Positions 27,831-40,483 of a stretch of DNA of 64,000 nt are shown one piece after another. A program made the translations under genes and the position numbers. Source of the stretch: Octopus vulgaris (lineage: Eukaryota); NCBI GenBank assembly GCA_951406725.2, contig OX597828.1, positions 66,154,001 through 66,218,000 of the forward strand. Direction: 5' to 3'. Position 1 is the first letter of the stretch. Each line of letters opens with the position of its first letter. The notes under the pieces are model-generated. The model was given only the letters and a program-made list of their open reading frames with translations. It was not told where the DNA came from and made no database searches.

Positions 27831-28959
27831 ATATTTCTTGAAAAGAAAAAAATGGAGAAATGTTTTGCGAAAAAAAAAAAAAGAAACAGTGGATCTTTTC
27901 ACTTTGACCAGCACATTTAAAAAATAGTTATTTGTAACTAAACACTTTTAAACTTCATATACTGGTAGAATGTGTTACATAAAACATCTTTTATTGAAAA
28001 GATCCGAAACAGCAAGCCTTAAAATCGGTTTTGGTTTTACTGATCATAATATAAAACCGGTTTTAACTGGTTTTGATGCCTAATCTCATCCAAAGGAGCA
28101 TTTGAGGGTATGTATAGATTACTGACTTTGATTCTTGCTGCATTGCATTCCAATGCTTGGAAAGGTGTTCTTTACATGCCACCAGCACGGGTGCACTTGG
28201 CTTGATGGGTCCTCTCAAGCACAGCACATCGCCAAAGGTCTGTCACTAGTCATTGCTTCTGTGAGTCTCAAAGTTCAAATCATGCTTCACCAACTCGTTC
28301 CATATCTTCCTGGGCCAATCTCAACCACAGGTTGCCTCCACAGTTAGAGATTGGCACTTCTTTACACAGCTGACTTTGTCCACCTTCACTACTAACTTGG
28401 TCACCTAGATAACAGAAGCTATCTACCACCTCTAGCTTGTCCCCCTGGCAGTTGATGGAGTCTATTTTCTGCTCATTTTCAGCATGTTGATGGAGTCTAA
28501 TATTTTCTTAACTTCTGTCAATCAGCATATTTGAATTCTGAAATAAATATCTAACACTATTTATTTTACATTATCACCTCTGCTTTTATTTTTTTCTTGC
28601 TCTAACCATTTTTCTACATTATCATTTAATTGTTTTCTACCAGTTAATAATGTGATAAAAAATATAATTTTAAAAATAATCCTATTTTTGAGTAGTGGAT
28701 CTCAAAGCACACATAAAACTATAAATAATAACATGTAAATATGGAGTTGAAAAGTCTTTTGGGAAAGAAAACGTCAAAGGCTGCACGTGACTTTTACTAC
28801 AGGAAAAGTTTTTCAAAGTATTTATATGTTGTTATTTATAGCTTGATATGTGCTTTGAGATTCACTATTCCGAAAAAGAATTATATCATATTCTCTCAAT
28901 AGTTTATAAAAATTCTTATAAAGTCAAAAATTTCAGAATCTTTCCTAACAATTTTTTTA

Positions 28960-31092
28960 CTTCTTTCGAATTTTATGCCTCTGGAGATGTGAACACTATA
29001 CTTCAGAACATTCTGAATTCAATATGGGCGGCATGTGCAGCATCGGTACCACGCAAGCACAAAAAACCACCCAATAGTGCAATTTGGGAGACTGCAGCAG
29101 TCCGACTTGCTAGGAAAGAACGCCGTAATACTGAACAAGAATACAAAATGCACAAATCAGAGATCAACAGGAAAAAGTGCAATAGATCAGCCAACCATCT
29201 CAAGCAGGTGACAAAAAAGGCAGTGCTTGAATTCAAACAGTGCATAGCAACCAACCCTGACAGCAAAGTGTTCTGGAAGTATCTACATTCAAAGCAGAGA
29301 CCCCACTCTCCAGTTGGTCCCCTTCACAATCCCCACACAGGGCAGATTACTGACAATCTCAAAGAATGTGCAGAAATTATTGCTGGATGCTATGCAGGCA
29401 TCTTTATTATCAAAGATCAAAATGTTCCATCTCCATCACCTCTAACACGGGACTCTATAACTACTATGAAATTTGCACCAGCAATTCTACAACGCCACCT
29501 TAAGAATAAACGTAACTATGCCTCTCCTGGTTTCAATGGTATTACATACCTACTTCTCAAACGCGGTGGGTACTTTCTTCTGAACCAACTTTCATTATTC
29601 TTTCAATTCTGTCTTGACAATGGTGTTACTCCAGAGCAGTGGAAAACTGCCAGTGTTATCCCTCTGTTCAAAAAAGGTGACCGCACATCGCCCCGTTAGT
29701 CTTACTAGCTGCATCGCCAAACTGATGGAATCCTGTGTCAGAGAAACCCTCTGGAAGTCTCACAGCCTCATCCAGCCGTCACAATTTGGTTTTATTCCTA
29801 ACTCCAGCTGCTGTAATCAACTCATTGAGTTTCTTGAGGACATTACCTGAATCACTGATCGCGGATCCTGGGTGGATGTTGTTTACCTGGACTTTGCTAA
29901 GGCTTTTAATTCTGTGCCACACAAAAGACTTATGGTGAAACTCTCTGCAATGGGCATAAGAGATGATCTCTATAACTGGTTGAAGTCCTTTATTATCAGC
30001 CAAAAAGAGGTTGTCACAGTCCTAGGACAGAACTCTTCACCCTATGAGATGACATCTGGTGTACCACAGGGATCTATTCTTGGCCCCCTTTTATTTGTTG
30101 CATATGTTAATGACATAGATGCCAACTTAAAGAATGCCACAGTGCTGAAATATGCAGATGACATCAAGCTGTACCTCAAAATAAAGAGGACAGATCCTGT
30201 ACACTATAGATCTCTATTGCAATCAAACCTGGACACAATGCAGCAATGGATCATGGACTGGCAACTCAAGCTGGCTGTGGACAAATGTACCACCATGCAT
30301 TTTTACTCCCTCCACAACACTAATCTCAAAAAGTCTTCTTGTGAACATGACCTAGGTGTTATTGTTGACAGCGATTTGCATTGGACAAAACACATCTCTA
30401 AAATTGCCAAGAAGGCTGAGGGTGTCTTGGCATCACTCACCAAGTCCTTTGTGAGCCGCTCTCTGGCTATCTATCTGTGGCTTTATATAGCTATGGTACG
30501 ACCGCACCTGGAATTTGCATCACCGGTCTGGAACCCCTATCTTGCCCAGGATATTAATCGTCTGGAAGCCGTTTAGCGGCGTGCAACCAAAAGAATACCC
30601 TCCATCAGGTATTTGCCATATTCTGAACGCCTTACTTCCCTGGGTATGGATACATTGAAACTCCAACGTCTGGCAGCTGACTTGGCAGACACCCATAAAA
30701 TTATTAACCATTTTACAAACAGTAACTGAGCACCTTTTCAAATTCCACCCATCTAACACCCATGGACATGTTTACAAAGTCAGAAAACAGCACAGCTCCC
30801 ACGACTTTAGGAAACATTTTTTTCACGCTGAGAGTTGCTGAAGCATGGAACAAACTGCCAGCATCAGTTGTTAGTTGTCGGAGCACTGCATCCTTCAAAA
30901 CTTCCATGCTTCCTGAGATTTGCCAACACTACACCTGATTTTCTCCCCTCCATACACACGCAAGCATGTATCTGACTCATACACTGTTCGCTTTCCAGAC
31001 ATTTGTACATTACTGCATATACTTTATACGCACTTTTGACAAGTTGTGGTGCACCTGAGTACTGTATACAATAATTTCATTATTTTTATTAT
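28960..31092 (+). mobile_element. 5'-truncated CR1-type LINE, ORF2 reverse transcriptase broken by frameshifts and stops
   Basis: ORFs 28848-29699, 29614-29850 and 29872-30576 contain PVSLTSCIAKLME, YLDFAKAFNSVPH, GVPQGSILGPLLF, YADD and VRPHLEFASPVWNPY. Ends in an ATT-rich tail. Confidence 0.92.
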
Positions 31093-32106
31093 AAAAATTC
31101 AGTGTAACAAATTCCATAACAATATTAATTGAATATAAGGTGGTGAACTGGTGGAATTGTTAGCACACCAGGTAAACTGCTTAGTGGTATTTCATCTGTT
31201 TTCACATTCTGAGTTCAAATTCCACCAAGGTCAACTTTACCTTTCATCTTTTTGATGATAAAATAAATGCTAGTTGAACACTGAGGTCTATTTAATTGAC
31301 TTAGCCCCTCCCTCCCCAAAACTAGCTGGCCTTATGCCTAAATTTGAATCCAATATTAATTGAACATCACAATTTCAAAAACTATTTAATTGATTGTATA
31401 CCAAGATTTTAAAAGACACTGCTACAGAGGTTTCACTAAAAATATCAATGTTTGATGTCAAGTCAATAATTCATTTGATTTCTATCTAAAATAGAAACTT
31501 AGGAATTAAGTTGATGTCAGGTTTACCAACAAAGCTTCAACTCACAGCACAGCTTTCAATCATGAGTCAACACTCACAACATCATCATCATCATCATCGT
31601 TTAACATCCGTTTTCCATGCTAGCACAGGTTGGACGGTTCAACCGGGGTCTGGGAAGCCAGGAGCCTGCACCAGGCTCCAGTCTGATCTGGCAGTGTTTC
31701 TACAGCTGGATGCCCTTCTTAACGCCAACCACTCCGTGAGTGTAGTGGGTGCTTTTTACGTGCCACTGGCACAGGTGTCAGGGGAGGCTGGCAACAGCCA
31801 TGATCGGTTGGTGCTTTTTACATGCCACCGGCACAGAAGCCAGTCAAGGTGGCGCTGGCATCGGCCATGTTCGGATGGTGCTTTTTACGTGCGACTGGCA
31901 CGGTCATGAATTAGTACTCACAGAACAGCTATGAATCACAAGTGAACACCCACAGACCAACTATTACTCAGTCAGTGTACAGTATTTCAATCACAAGCTA
32001 AATTTTCAGCTTTATAAAACTGCAGCTACATAAAAATATATATAATAACCAGTGATTCAACACAAAGTAATTTGTAAAATTAAAGCAAAAGTATAACATT
32101 TTCATA

Positions 32107-32112
32107 TTTATT
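32107..32112 (-). terminator. Putative polyadenylation signal of MRPL24
   Basis: AATAAA on the minus strand about 47 nt after the stop codon. Confidence 0.55.
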
Positions 32113-32158
32113 TTAAGAAGATCAAATATAAGTTTGCATCAACAAAATCAATTACTCT

Positions 32159-32295
32159 TCAATATCTATAAGTGGGAGCTCGCTTTCTATCGTCTTTAAT
32201 ACCATATTGTTGCATCAAATCTTCTTCAAAGGTCATCAATTTAGGTTGAAATGTAATTTTGGTTACAACGTCTTTGGTACAGTCCTTTGCAGTTT
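32159..32295 (-). CDS. MRPL24: MRPL24 terminal coding exon, (E)TAKDCTKDVVTKITFQPKLMTFEEDLMQQYGIKDDRKRAPTYRY*
   Basis: ttttttcttttacag acceptor, phase 1, TGA at 32161-32159. The C-terminus resembles human [25 protein letters not shown]. Confidence 0.94.
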
Positions 32296-32448
32296 CTGTA
32301 AAAGAAAAAATAAACATTACTATTTGTAAATCTCACAATGAGAGACATTCAGCAACAGTACTTTGGAGTAAAGATTGTTTGCCAACATAACATGGCAGTC
32401 CTGGTTTAGGATGTAATTTAGCCCCAGGAAACATCGTCTCCAGCTGGC

Positions 32449-32940
32449 TATACAACATGATCTGTGTCCTTCTATTTTCAAACAAGGGAATTTAGCACCC
32501 CCACTCAGCTCAAAACAATATCTGGGTTATTTCAATTCATCAGCACAGAATAATTGTTCGGCTAGAGGTGACGCTGCCAAATTCCAGTTCAAAATATATA
32601 GTTTTCAAAGTGACAACTAGTCACTGATCTATAAATTAGAAAAGTACTGTTGCTGAATATTTCTCATGAGATTTAAAAATAGTAATTTTCTAATTTATAG
32701 ATCAGTGACTAGTTGTCATTTTGAAAACTATATATTTCAAACTGGAATTTGGCAGCACAACCTCTAGCCGAACAATTATTCTGTGCTGATGAAGGGAAAT
32801 AACCTGGAAATTGCGATATACAGATATTGTTTTGAGCTGAGCAGGGGTGCTAGATTCCCTTGTTCGAAAATATAAGGACACAGATCGTGTTGTATACACA
32901 GATATTGTTATGAGCTGAGTGGGGGTGCTAGATTCTCTTG
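32449..32940. mobile_element. Penelope-like terminal-repeat remnant in inverted arrangement
   Basis: Inverted arms of about 200 bp (32449-32643 / 32686-32896) containing a hammerhead core. Confidence 0.6.
32781..32823 (+). ncRNA. Minimal type I hammerhead ribozyme motif (Penelope-like)
   Basis: CTGTG-CTGATGA-agggaaataacctg-GAAA-ttgcga-TA-TACAG. Confidence 0.55.
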
Positions 32941-33456
32941 ACCTGCTAGAGACACCAGCTAAATATCTGTGATTAGGACACATTGGAAAAAATGTAAGAT
33001 AGTGACGGATGGAATGTCTATAATCCTGATTATGTTAAACTATGGATGAGCAGAGGCTAAACAACATTAAGATTCACACAAGAGAATATTAAGAAACCTG
33101 AATATCAATATTTATAGGTCTTTGGTTTAACCCTTTAGCATTCAAACTGGCTATATCCTGCCTAAATATTCTAATAGTTTTATGCTAAAACTGGCCAGAT
33201 CTGGTCTTTCACACCTATCCTACAATGTCATTCTGAATGTGAGCAATCACATCATGAAAGTCTCTTAGCCACAAGATAATGCATGATTAATTCAAAGTAA
33301 TGTGAATAAATAAGCAATGCATTTGAGAGAGTAATCTCAATGCTAAGGGGCCAAGAGTTTCAGAGGAATTATTTTTCCATTGGTCCATTTTTCTTCTTTT
33401 TTTTTTTCGTTCTCTTGAATGATAATCAGGGAACGCTTGTTAAATAAGATACATAC

Positions 33457-33599
33457 CTTTATAATCAACTTTGATAACACCATCCTCAGGATCTTCATTC
33501 CGTGCTATACGAGACAATGGAATTATCCGACCAGTCCTTTCAGACACTCGAACTTGCTCTCCTTCTTCAGTATACCGCCAAAGCACTTTGGTAGGTTTC
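33457..33599 (-). CDS. MRPL24: MRPL24 internal coding exon, KPTKVLWRYTEEGEQVRVSERTGRIIPLSRIARNEDPEDGVIKVDYK
   Basis: 143 nt, phase 2/1, tttgcag acceptor and gtatgt donor. Matches human [27 protein letters not shown]. Confidence 0.95.
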
Positions 33600-33659
33600 C
33601 TGCAAATTCAGAGAACTTTTAAACAACTGGACAACATAAATAAATAAAATCATTCTTAC

Positions 33660-33828
33660 AACTCTTTTTTTTACTCTTTTACTTGTTTCAGTCATGTGAC
33701 TGTGGCCATGCTGGAGCACCGCCTTTAGTCGAGCAAATCGACCCCAGGACTTATCCTTTGTAAGCCTAGTACTTATTCTATCAGTCTCTTTTGCTGAACC
33801 ATTGAGTTACAGGCATGTAAACACACCA

Positions 33829-33875
<47 letters not shown>

Positions 33876-34050
33876 CATATACATATATACGACGGGCTTC
33901 TTTCAGTTTCCGTTTACCAAATCCACTCATAAGGCATTGGTTGGCCTGAGGCTATAGTAGAAGACACTTGCCCAAGGTGCCACACAGTGGGACTGAATCC
34001 GGAACCATGTGGTTTGTAAGCAAGCTACTTACCACACAGCCTATCCTGCA
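33660..34050 (-). mobile_element. tRNA-derived SINE family B with internal (TA)n. Other copies at about 10380-10545(+), 19280-19410(-), 22690-23325(-), 24455-24690(+), 41075-41450(+), 62970-63120(-), 63400-63750(+)
   Basis: Shared gctgtgtggtaagaagcttgcttcccaaccacatggttc...ggttcagtcccactg...ccttgggcaagtgtcttctactatag and 3' gcatggccgcagtc...tgactgaaacaagtaaaaga. Confidence 0.85.
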
Positions 34051-34775
34051 CCACTCCTGTTCACATATTTCAAATGTAAGACTACAGGATGAACCAAATG
34101 AGAACTTAAACTGAGGAAACACTAAAAAAAAAATGTTGTCTATACAGGACAATAATAATGATCCCCAATGTAACACAATAAGTATTTCACACAAAAATAT
34201 TTAATGAAGAGGAATTCCTCAACATTATTATCACATCATTTTAGTTTCCAAGATTGGTGGTTAGAATGGAACATATTTTGAATCTGTGCTTGCCAACCTT
34301 GCGAGCTGGCAGAAACGATGCACACCAGGCAAAATGCTTAGCGGTATTGGGTCTGCCATTATGTTGTGAGTTCAAATTCCACCAAGGTCAACTTTACCTT
34401 TCATCCTTTTGGGGTCGATAAATTAAGTAGCAGTTACGCACTGGGGTCGATGTAATCGACTTAATACCTATGTCTGTCCTTGTTTGTCCCCTCTATGTTT
34501 AGCCCCTTGTGGGTAATAAAGAAATAGGTAGTCAAAGATACAAGTGCTAAGTGTAATATATCAGAAATGCAAACAGTTTTGCTTTGTAGAATATTAAATG
34601 CCAAAGTATTTAGTGTTGAAATATATTCTAGTTTTGATGCAGAAATCTAAACATTTGATCTTGAATTTGGAAGGTTTTCTTATGCCTTTTCCAAAGATTG
34701 TATGTTGTAGCATTTATGAAGAGAGCAACATTTCTAAACTGCACTATTTACAAGTTTAGATGAAGTGGTAAAATT

Positions 34776-34811
<36 letters not shown>

Positions 34812-36101
34812 GTTTAACGTCCGCTTTCCATGCTAGCATGGGTTGGACAATTTTGACTGAGCGATGGCGAACCAGATGGCTGCACCAGGCTCCAATCTTG
34901 ATCTGGTAGAGTTTCTACAGCTGGATGCCCTTCCTAACGCCAACCACTCCGAGAGTGTAGTGGGTGCTTTTTATGTCCCACCGGCACGGGGGCCAGTCAG
35001 GTGGTACTGGCAACGACCTCGCTCAAATCTTTTTACACATGCCACCAGCACAGGTGCCCGTGCCACAGGTACGGAAGCCAGTTGGCTGCTCTGGCAACGA
35101 TCACGCTCGGATGGTGTTCTTGGCACCCTACTAGCACAGGCACAAGTGCCAGTAAGGTGACGCTAGTAACGATCATACTCGAATGGTGTCTTTTATGTGC
35201 CACTGCCATGGAAGCCGGTTAGCCGCTCTGTCAACAATCACACTCGTATGGTGCTCTTTGCACCTCACTAGCACGGATGCCAGAAAATTTTATTTTCTAG
35301 AAATGTTTAGCTTTAGTACAGTTGTAGTTGCAAGATTTTCTAAAAAAAAAAAACTAAGCAAGAAATAGTATCTGTATGTGAAAAGTAAGAAAATAATCTT
35401 GAAGTGATGTCATCAGAAAGTAGATACAGGCATAAACCTGAAGGAGTGAGAAAAGGTCACTAAGTTCTATGGTTTACCATCAACACAAACTGAAATGGAG
35501 TGACACGAAAGAAAACTTCTACTCAAGATCTAAATACAGTCTGCTGCTGCCAAATGGCTTGAAGATTCTCAGACACCATTGGAAACTGGTGCTAGGGGAA
35601 ACAACTTCGTTTCTCATAAAATTCACTAGAACAAAAGACATGTAACAGAATTAGCTTCCATTAGATAAATTGCTTTTCTTTTTAATTTTTAGGCTATCTA
35701 TTATTCATTCTTTCAATCCAATGATTCACAGAAGTGATTGGTCATTTGGTTTATCCTAAAGCGGTAACTAACTTCAAACTAGATTATATACCTTTTGAGA
35801 TAATATGGTATTCAATGAATAAAGAGATGAATATGTTGTGTATTTAGTCTTTTAGTGCTACACTCACTTCATGATTCAGTAGCTGGCATTAAAACACTAT
35901 AATAATTCATACCAAGTATTTACTTTTACAGACCCAATCAGACGAGAGAGGAGTTTTGTCAAGAAAGTAAAACCAAAGTATCCCCTAAGTTTTCACTAAG
36001 CTGAAAATAAACAGAATTTATCATGTTGACTTTGCTTATTTAATAAATTCAAACACAAATCCAACAGAAAATACGAGCAGTTGCAGCAGGAGATTACATA
36101 C

Positions 36102-36208
36102 TGGTCAGAGGGATCCACCAGGGATACTTCGGTCGTTACTAAAAGGGGCTGTTCTCTGCGGATTATACTTCCTGGGTTTTTTGCAGTTTTATACAGTTCT
36201 TCGTATTT
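36102..36208 (-). CDS. MRPL24: MRPL24 internal coding exon, KYEELYKTAKNPGSIIRREQPLLVTTEVSLVDPSD
   Basis: 107 nt, phase 0/2, ctcttttttatag acceptor and gtatgt donor. ExPL...V.LVDP motif of MRPL24. The frame joins both neighbouring exons. Confidence 0.93.
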
Positions 36209-36753
36209 CTATAAAAAAGAGGACAAATATAAAAGAGATGATTATATAGACACAGACACACATGATCGCATATACACAGACACATACATATATACACAGG
36301 ATGGGATTCCTTCAGTTTCCATTAACCAAATCCCCTCACAAAAGCTTTGGTTAGTTGAAAGCTACAGAAGACACTTGCCCAAGGTCCCATGCAGTGGGTT
36401 GAACATGAAATCACACAACCATACCTGTGCTCTACTACACCAGCACCTACTCTATATTGAAAAAAACCCAATAAAAAGTGTGGGGGGAGGGTAGGAGAAA
36501 TATGCACAAGGTAATTGGTATTAACATTTTAATTTATTAATGTATATATGGGATTGAATAAGTGCTGGCTAAGTTCATGTTAACTAATTAAGTGTCGGTT
36601 CATTCACTGGTGCAATACTATCTTCCTAACAGGTTATTTAACTTCACAATAAATAATATTTTGTTTATAAAAGCACAGCCAATTACTGTATAATTGACAC
36701 TATTTTCATAGCCCTTGAGACTGAGCTTGAAAATATATATTATAATGCAAGTA

Positions 36754-37127
36754 TCTATATCTCTTATTATAAAAGGCAAAATGTCTGTCTGTGTGTGTGT
36801 CCTTTATACAAATCCACAATTTTTCAGTTAGAGGGCTCACACTTTCTATGGTCATTCAAAACCGTCCAAGGGTGGTCGTGCACATCTTTACATTTCCCCA
36901 GTCACCCCGCAAAGCCATTAAAAAAAATCAATAGAAGTGACTTTTTTGTGAATTTTCTATCCAAAACCCAATTAAAATGCCTGAAACTTGATACGCCAAT
37001 TGGATGCCAGCTAGCTGTATGTGATTGTTCAGCGATTTGGACAGTACTCGTGTGTATGTGTGCACGCATGCAGCTGTATATGCATGCACTAGCACTATGA
37101 CCTGGCAACACCGGGTCATAGTGCTAG
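36754..37127 (+). mobile_element. Non-autonomous Helitron, copy 1
   Basis: A|TC 5' end, subterminal hairpin, CTAG|T 3' end. A near-identical copy lies at 40484-40825. Confidence 0.8.
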
Positions 37128-37440
37128 TATATATTATAATGTAAGTATAATATATATAATGCAGTAAGAAACCTCTCTAACATATCCAGCAACAGAAGTT
37201 GGTAATAATTTGCTATGTTCCATGTCAAATGCTGAATTCTTAGCTTCCTGTTTCATATAAAATTGAATAATGAATTCTTTCTTGGACAAGAAAAGACATA
37301 TGAAAGGTGTAACAACAAAATGACGTTTAATATAAAGCGATTGAATTTAAATGAATTCAATCAAGTTGTGAGAAAATTGAAGAATTCTTCATTTTATGAA
37401 GATTATTATAATTTTATAATTATATTAAGAGAATACTTAC

Positions 37441-37536
37441 ATAGTTAAGGCCTTCTACATAGCACCAATTACGTTCCTTTATAATTTGAGTCACAATGCC
37501 TTGCTTCCCTTTATCCTTCCCAGTTAAAATCTCCAC
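37441..37536 (-). CDS. MRPL24: MRPL24 internal coding exon (KOW motif), [32 protein letters not shown]
   Basis: Manual translation. 96 nt, phase 0/0, ctatccattttag acceptor and gtaagt donor. Matches the uL24 KOW motif (human VEILEGKDAGKQGKV...RNWVVVGGLN). Confidence 0.95.
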
Positions 37537-38354
37537 CTAAAATGGATAGAAAAAAAGAGACAAAGTTAAATAACAAAAATAACTTACATTAAAAAAAAAA
37601 AATTTGAGCAAAGTATCTTTTAAAATGTAAATTTTCAATTGAACAAAAATTATTTCAGCCAACTAAAATCCTAATATTAGTTTTTTAATCAAAAAATCAC
37701 AAGATGATTAAAATTTGAGAGAGTATTTTTCTTTATTAAAAAATATTTCAAATAAAGAATATTTTAGTTTGAAGTTAACAATAAAAATTTCTAGCTACCC
37801 AGAAATTAGTCAAGCAATGTTAACAAATATGTAACTGTCGTGATTATCAATGTAAGACAAATATATCAGCATTAGCTATATACAACTGAACAGATGTCAC
37901 TCTGATGCTTTTCATCTCAGTATACATACTTTTTTTTAAAGACCCAGTTAAAGTGTCCGATTCCATCAAACACTACATTATGATACATGTAATATGTATC
38001 CGAAAAAATATATATTATGAAACAAAAATAAACACAAAATTTATTACACGAATCTGTTACCACCACAACAGTCAACTATTTGACGCTGAACATGAGTTTG
38101 ATGTTGAATACATCCACAAATTTTCCACTCAGATAGCTTTTCCTAAGACTGCAAGACAGCGTAGAAGCATTGCCAGTCTATCTTTCTCACTAATTTGTTC
38201 ACCTTGCCTGCGAGCCATCTAAAGTTAATAATGATTCTGCTAATTCCACGTGTAAACATGTGTTGAATAGAACTCACTGAATAAATCTTAATTAACTGTG
38301 TTGTCAATTGTATGCACCTGACATATGCTAACGTGTATGCAGCCAGACTTTTCA

Positions 38355-38842
38355 CACAGAGGATACATAAGATCTGGTCATCAAATCTAAGTAGAGATTT
38401 CAAACTTAAAATCTTCAAAGACACAGTCGAACCAATTCTACAATATGGCTCAGAAACCTGGACGTTATCAAAGAAGCTTGAGAGGTGGTTAGATGGAACT
38501 TACACTTGTCTCCTTATGAGAGCTCAAAATCTCTCGTGGAAGCGTCATCCAACCAAAGTACAAATATATGGGAAATTACCACCTGTATCATCTCTTGTGA
38601 AAGGTAGAAGAGTCCAGTTTGCTGGACATTGTTGTAGAGCTGAAAACAAGGTAATTTCTACTCTTCTCCTCTGGAAGCCATCTGCTCGTGATACCAGCGG
38701 ATGCACACGCTCCTACCCTGATGTAATCTCCGGGGATACAGGCATCCAGCAACAGGACCTCCATAATGCTATGATGGACCGTGAAGTCTGGCGTAACATA
38801 GTAAATTCCATTGTCTCGACCACGGTCAAACAATGAATGAAT
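38355..38842 (+). mobile_element. RTE-clade LINE 3' end
   Basis: ORF 38312-38836 contains KLKIFKDTVEPILQYGSETWTL...RRVQFAGHC. Short ATGA-repeat tail. Confidence 0.85.
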
Positions 38843-39046
38843 AGTTTACACCCTTCCTGTGTACAAGCTATTATCTTCCAATTACAAGATATTCCACATC
38901 AGCAGGCAGACTATTCACTGCTGCTCCTGGCTCAAATATTTTTAACTGAACAAACAATTTCAAAATTTGAATATATAACCCCACCCCCGCTGCCCCTACG
39001 CTTCATAATGAAAACGTTGTCACATGTAGCATGAAAATATTATATA

Positions 39047-39700
39047 CTAGCAGAGATACCCGGCGTTGCCGTGTTACATGCAATTGAAGAATTAGACTTT
39101 TCTGTTATAAATAAATTTCATTCGCAAGATTATCTCCTGTTTTATATTAACTTTTGCTTCTTTTAAATAAAAGTTGATCAGTTTTAAAGTGACTTTCATG
39201 TACTTTAAATTGATGTTCGTTTGTTTTAAATAAAAGTTCATATGATTCAAATTAAAATTCATATAGTTTAAAATGCAGTTCGGTTGTTTAAATTCAAGAT
39301 TCATTTGTTTTAATTTGAGAGTGAAAAGGTGTAGATACACTCTCAGGAAGAAAAAAAAGATGGTTATTTATGTTTGAAAACTGATCAGAGGTCTGTTTGA
39401 CGTGTGACCTCTGCAGCTAATAATTATTTAAAAGTTCGTTTTAATAAAAAGATTTGCAATTAAGATGGTTTTTATATAGAAGCAAGAATTTTGAAAACAG
39501 TCAATATGAAGACAATCACGAAAGGTTGTCTCCCTTGTCTTATAATCCCACAAAAATGACAGTCGCAATTGGCCAAATTGATTGTATGGTGATGAAAATA
39601 TTGCATCTGAGGTGAACATATCTCACAGAACCACAGTGAGAGAGTACTGCGTAATTATTGTGTTTTTATTAGTTTTTCAGGGTTAAATTTTAATTCTGTG
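39047..39700 (-). mobile_element. Helitron 3' part containing a 21-bp degenerate minisatellite (39140-39320)
   Basis: The minus strand ends cacggcaacgccgggtatctctgCTAG|T. The far boundary is uncertain. Confidence 0.6.
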
Positions 39701-40483
39701 ATGGATAACTTAGGCTCAGTTTGTTTTACATTAGATGTTACCAACGTCGCCTTACTGGCCCCTGTGCTGGTGGCATGTGTAAAAAGATTTGAGCGAGGTC
39801 GTTGCCAGTACCACCTGACTGGCTCCCGTACCAGTGGCACGTAAAAAGCACCCACTACACTCTCGGAGTGGTTGGCGTTAGGAAGGGCATCCAGCTGTAG
39901 AAACTCTACCTGATCAAGATTGGAGTCTGGTGCAGCCATCTGGTTCGCCATCGCTCAGTCAAAATTGTCCAACCCATGCTAGCATGGAAAGCGGACGTTA
40001 AACGATGATGATGATGATGATGAAAATTTTACCACTTCATCTAAACTTGTAAATAGTGCAGTTTAGAAATGTTGCTCTCTTCATAAATGCTACAACATAC
40101 AATCTTTGGAAAAGGCATAAGAAAGCGGACGTTAAGTGATGATGATGATGATGATATCTTCAGAAGAGCCTTGACTATAGAATGGATGGAATCATCCACC
40201 CGACACACAAGTTCACAGTTTTATTCTTATCAAACGAAAATTTTGCAAATTAAGTCACTGAACATATGAAGACCACATTTTTTCCAGCATAAGACTTTAT
40301 GAAGACCACATTTTTTCCAGCATAAGACTTCATGAATACCAATATTTCCCAAATTTCTTCCTAGCATCATGAACTGCGGTTATGGGGATACGTAGAATTG
40401 AATCATCTAAGCGGGACAAACTGAAACTGTATTGATGGCCCAATACTTTACTTTACTTCTCTTTCTCTCACACAAATATGTAA

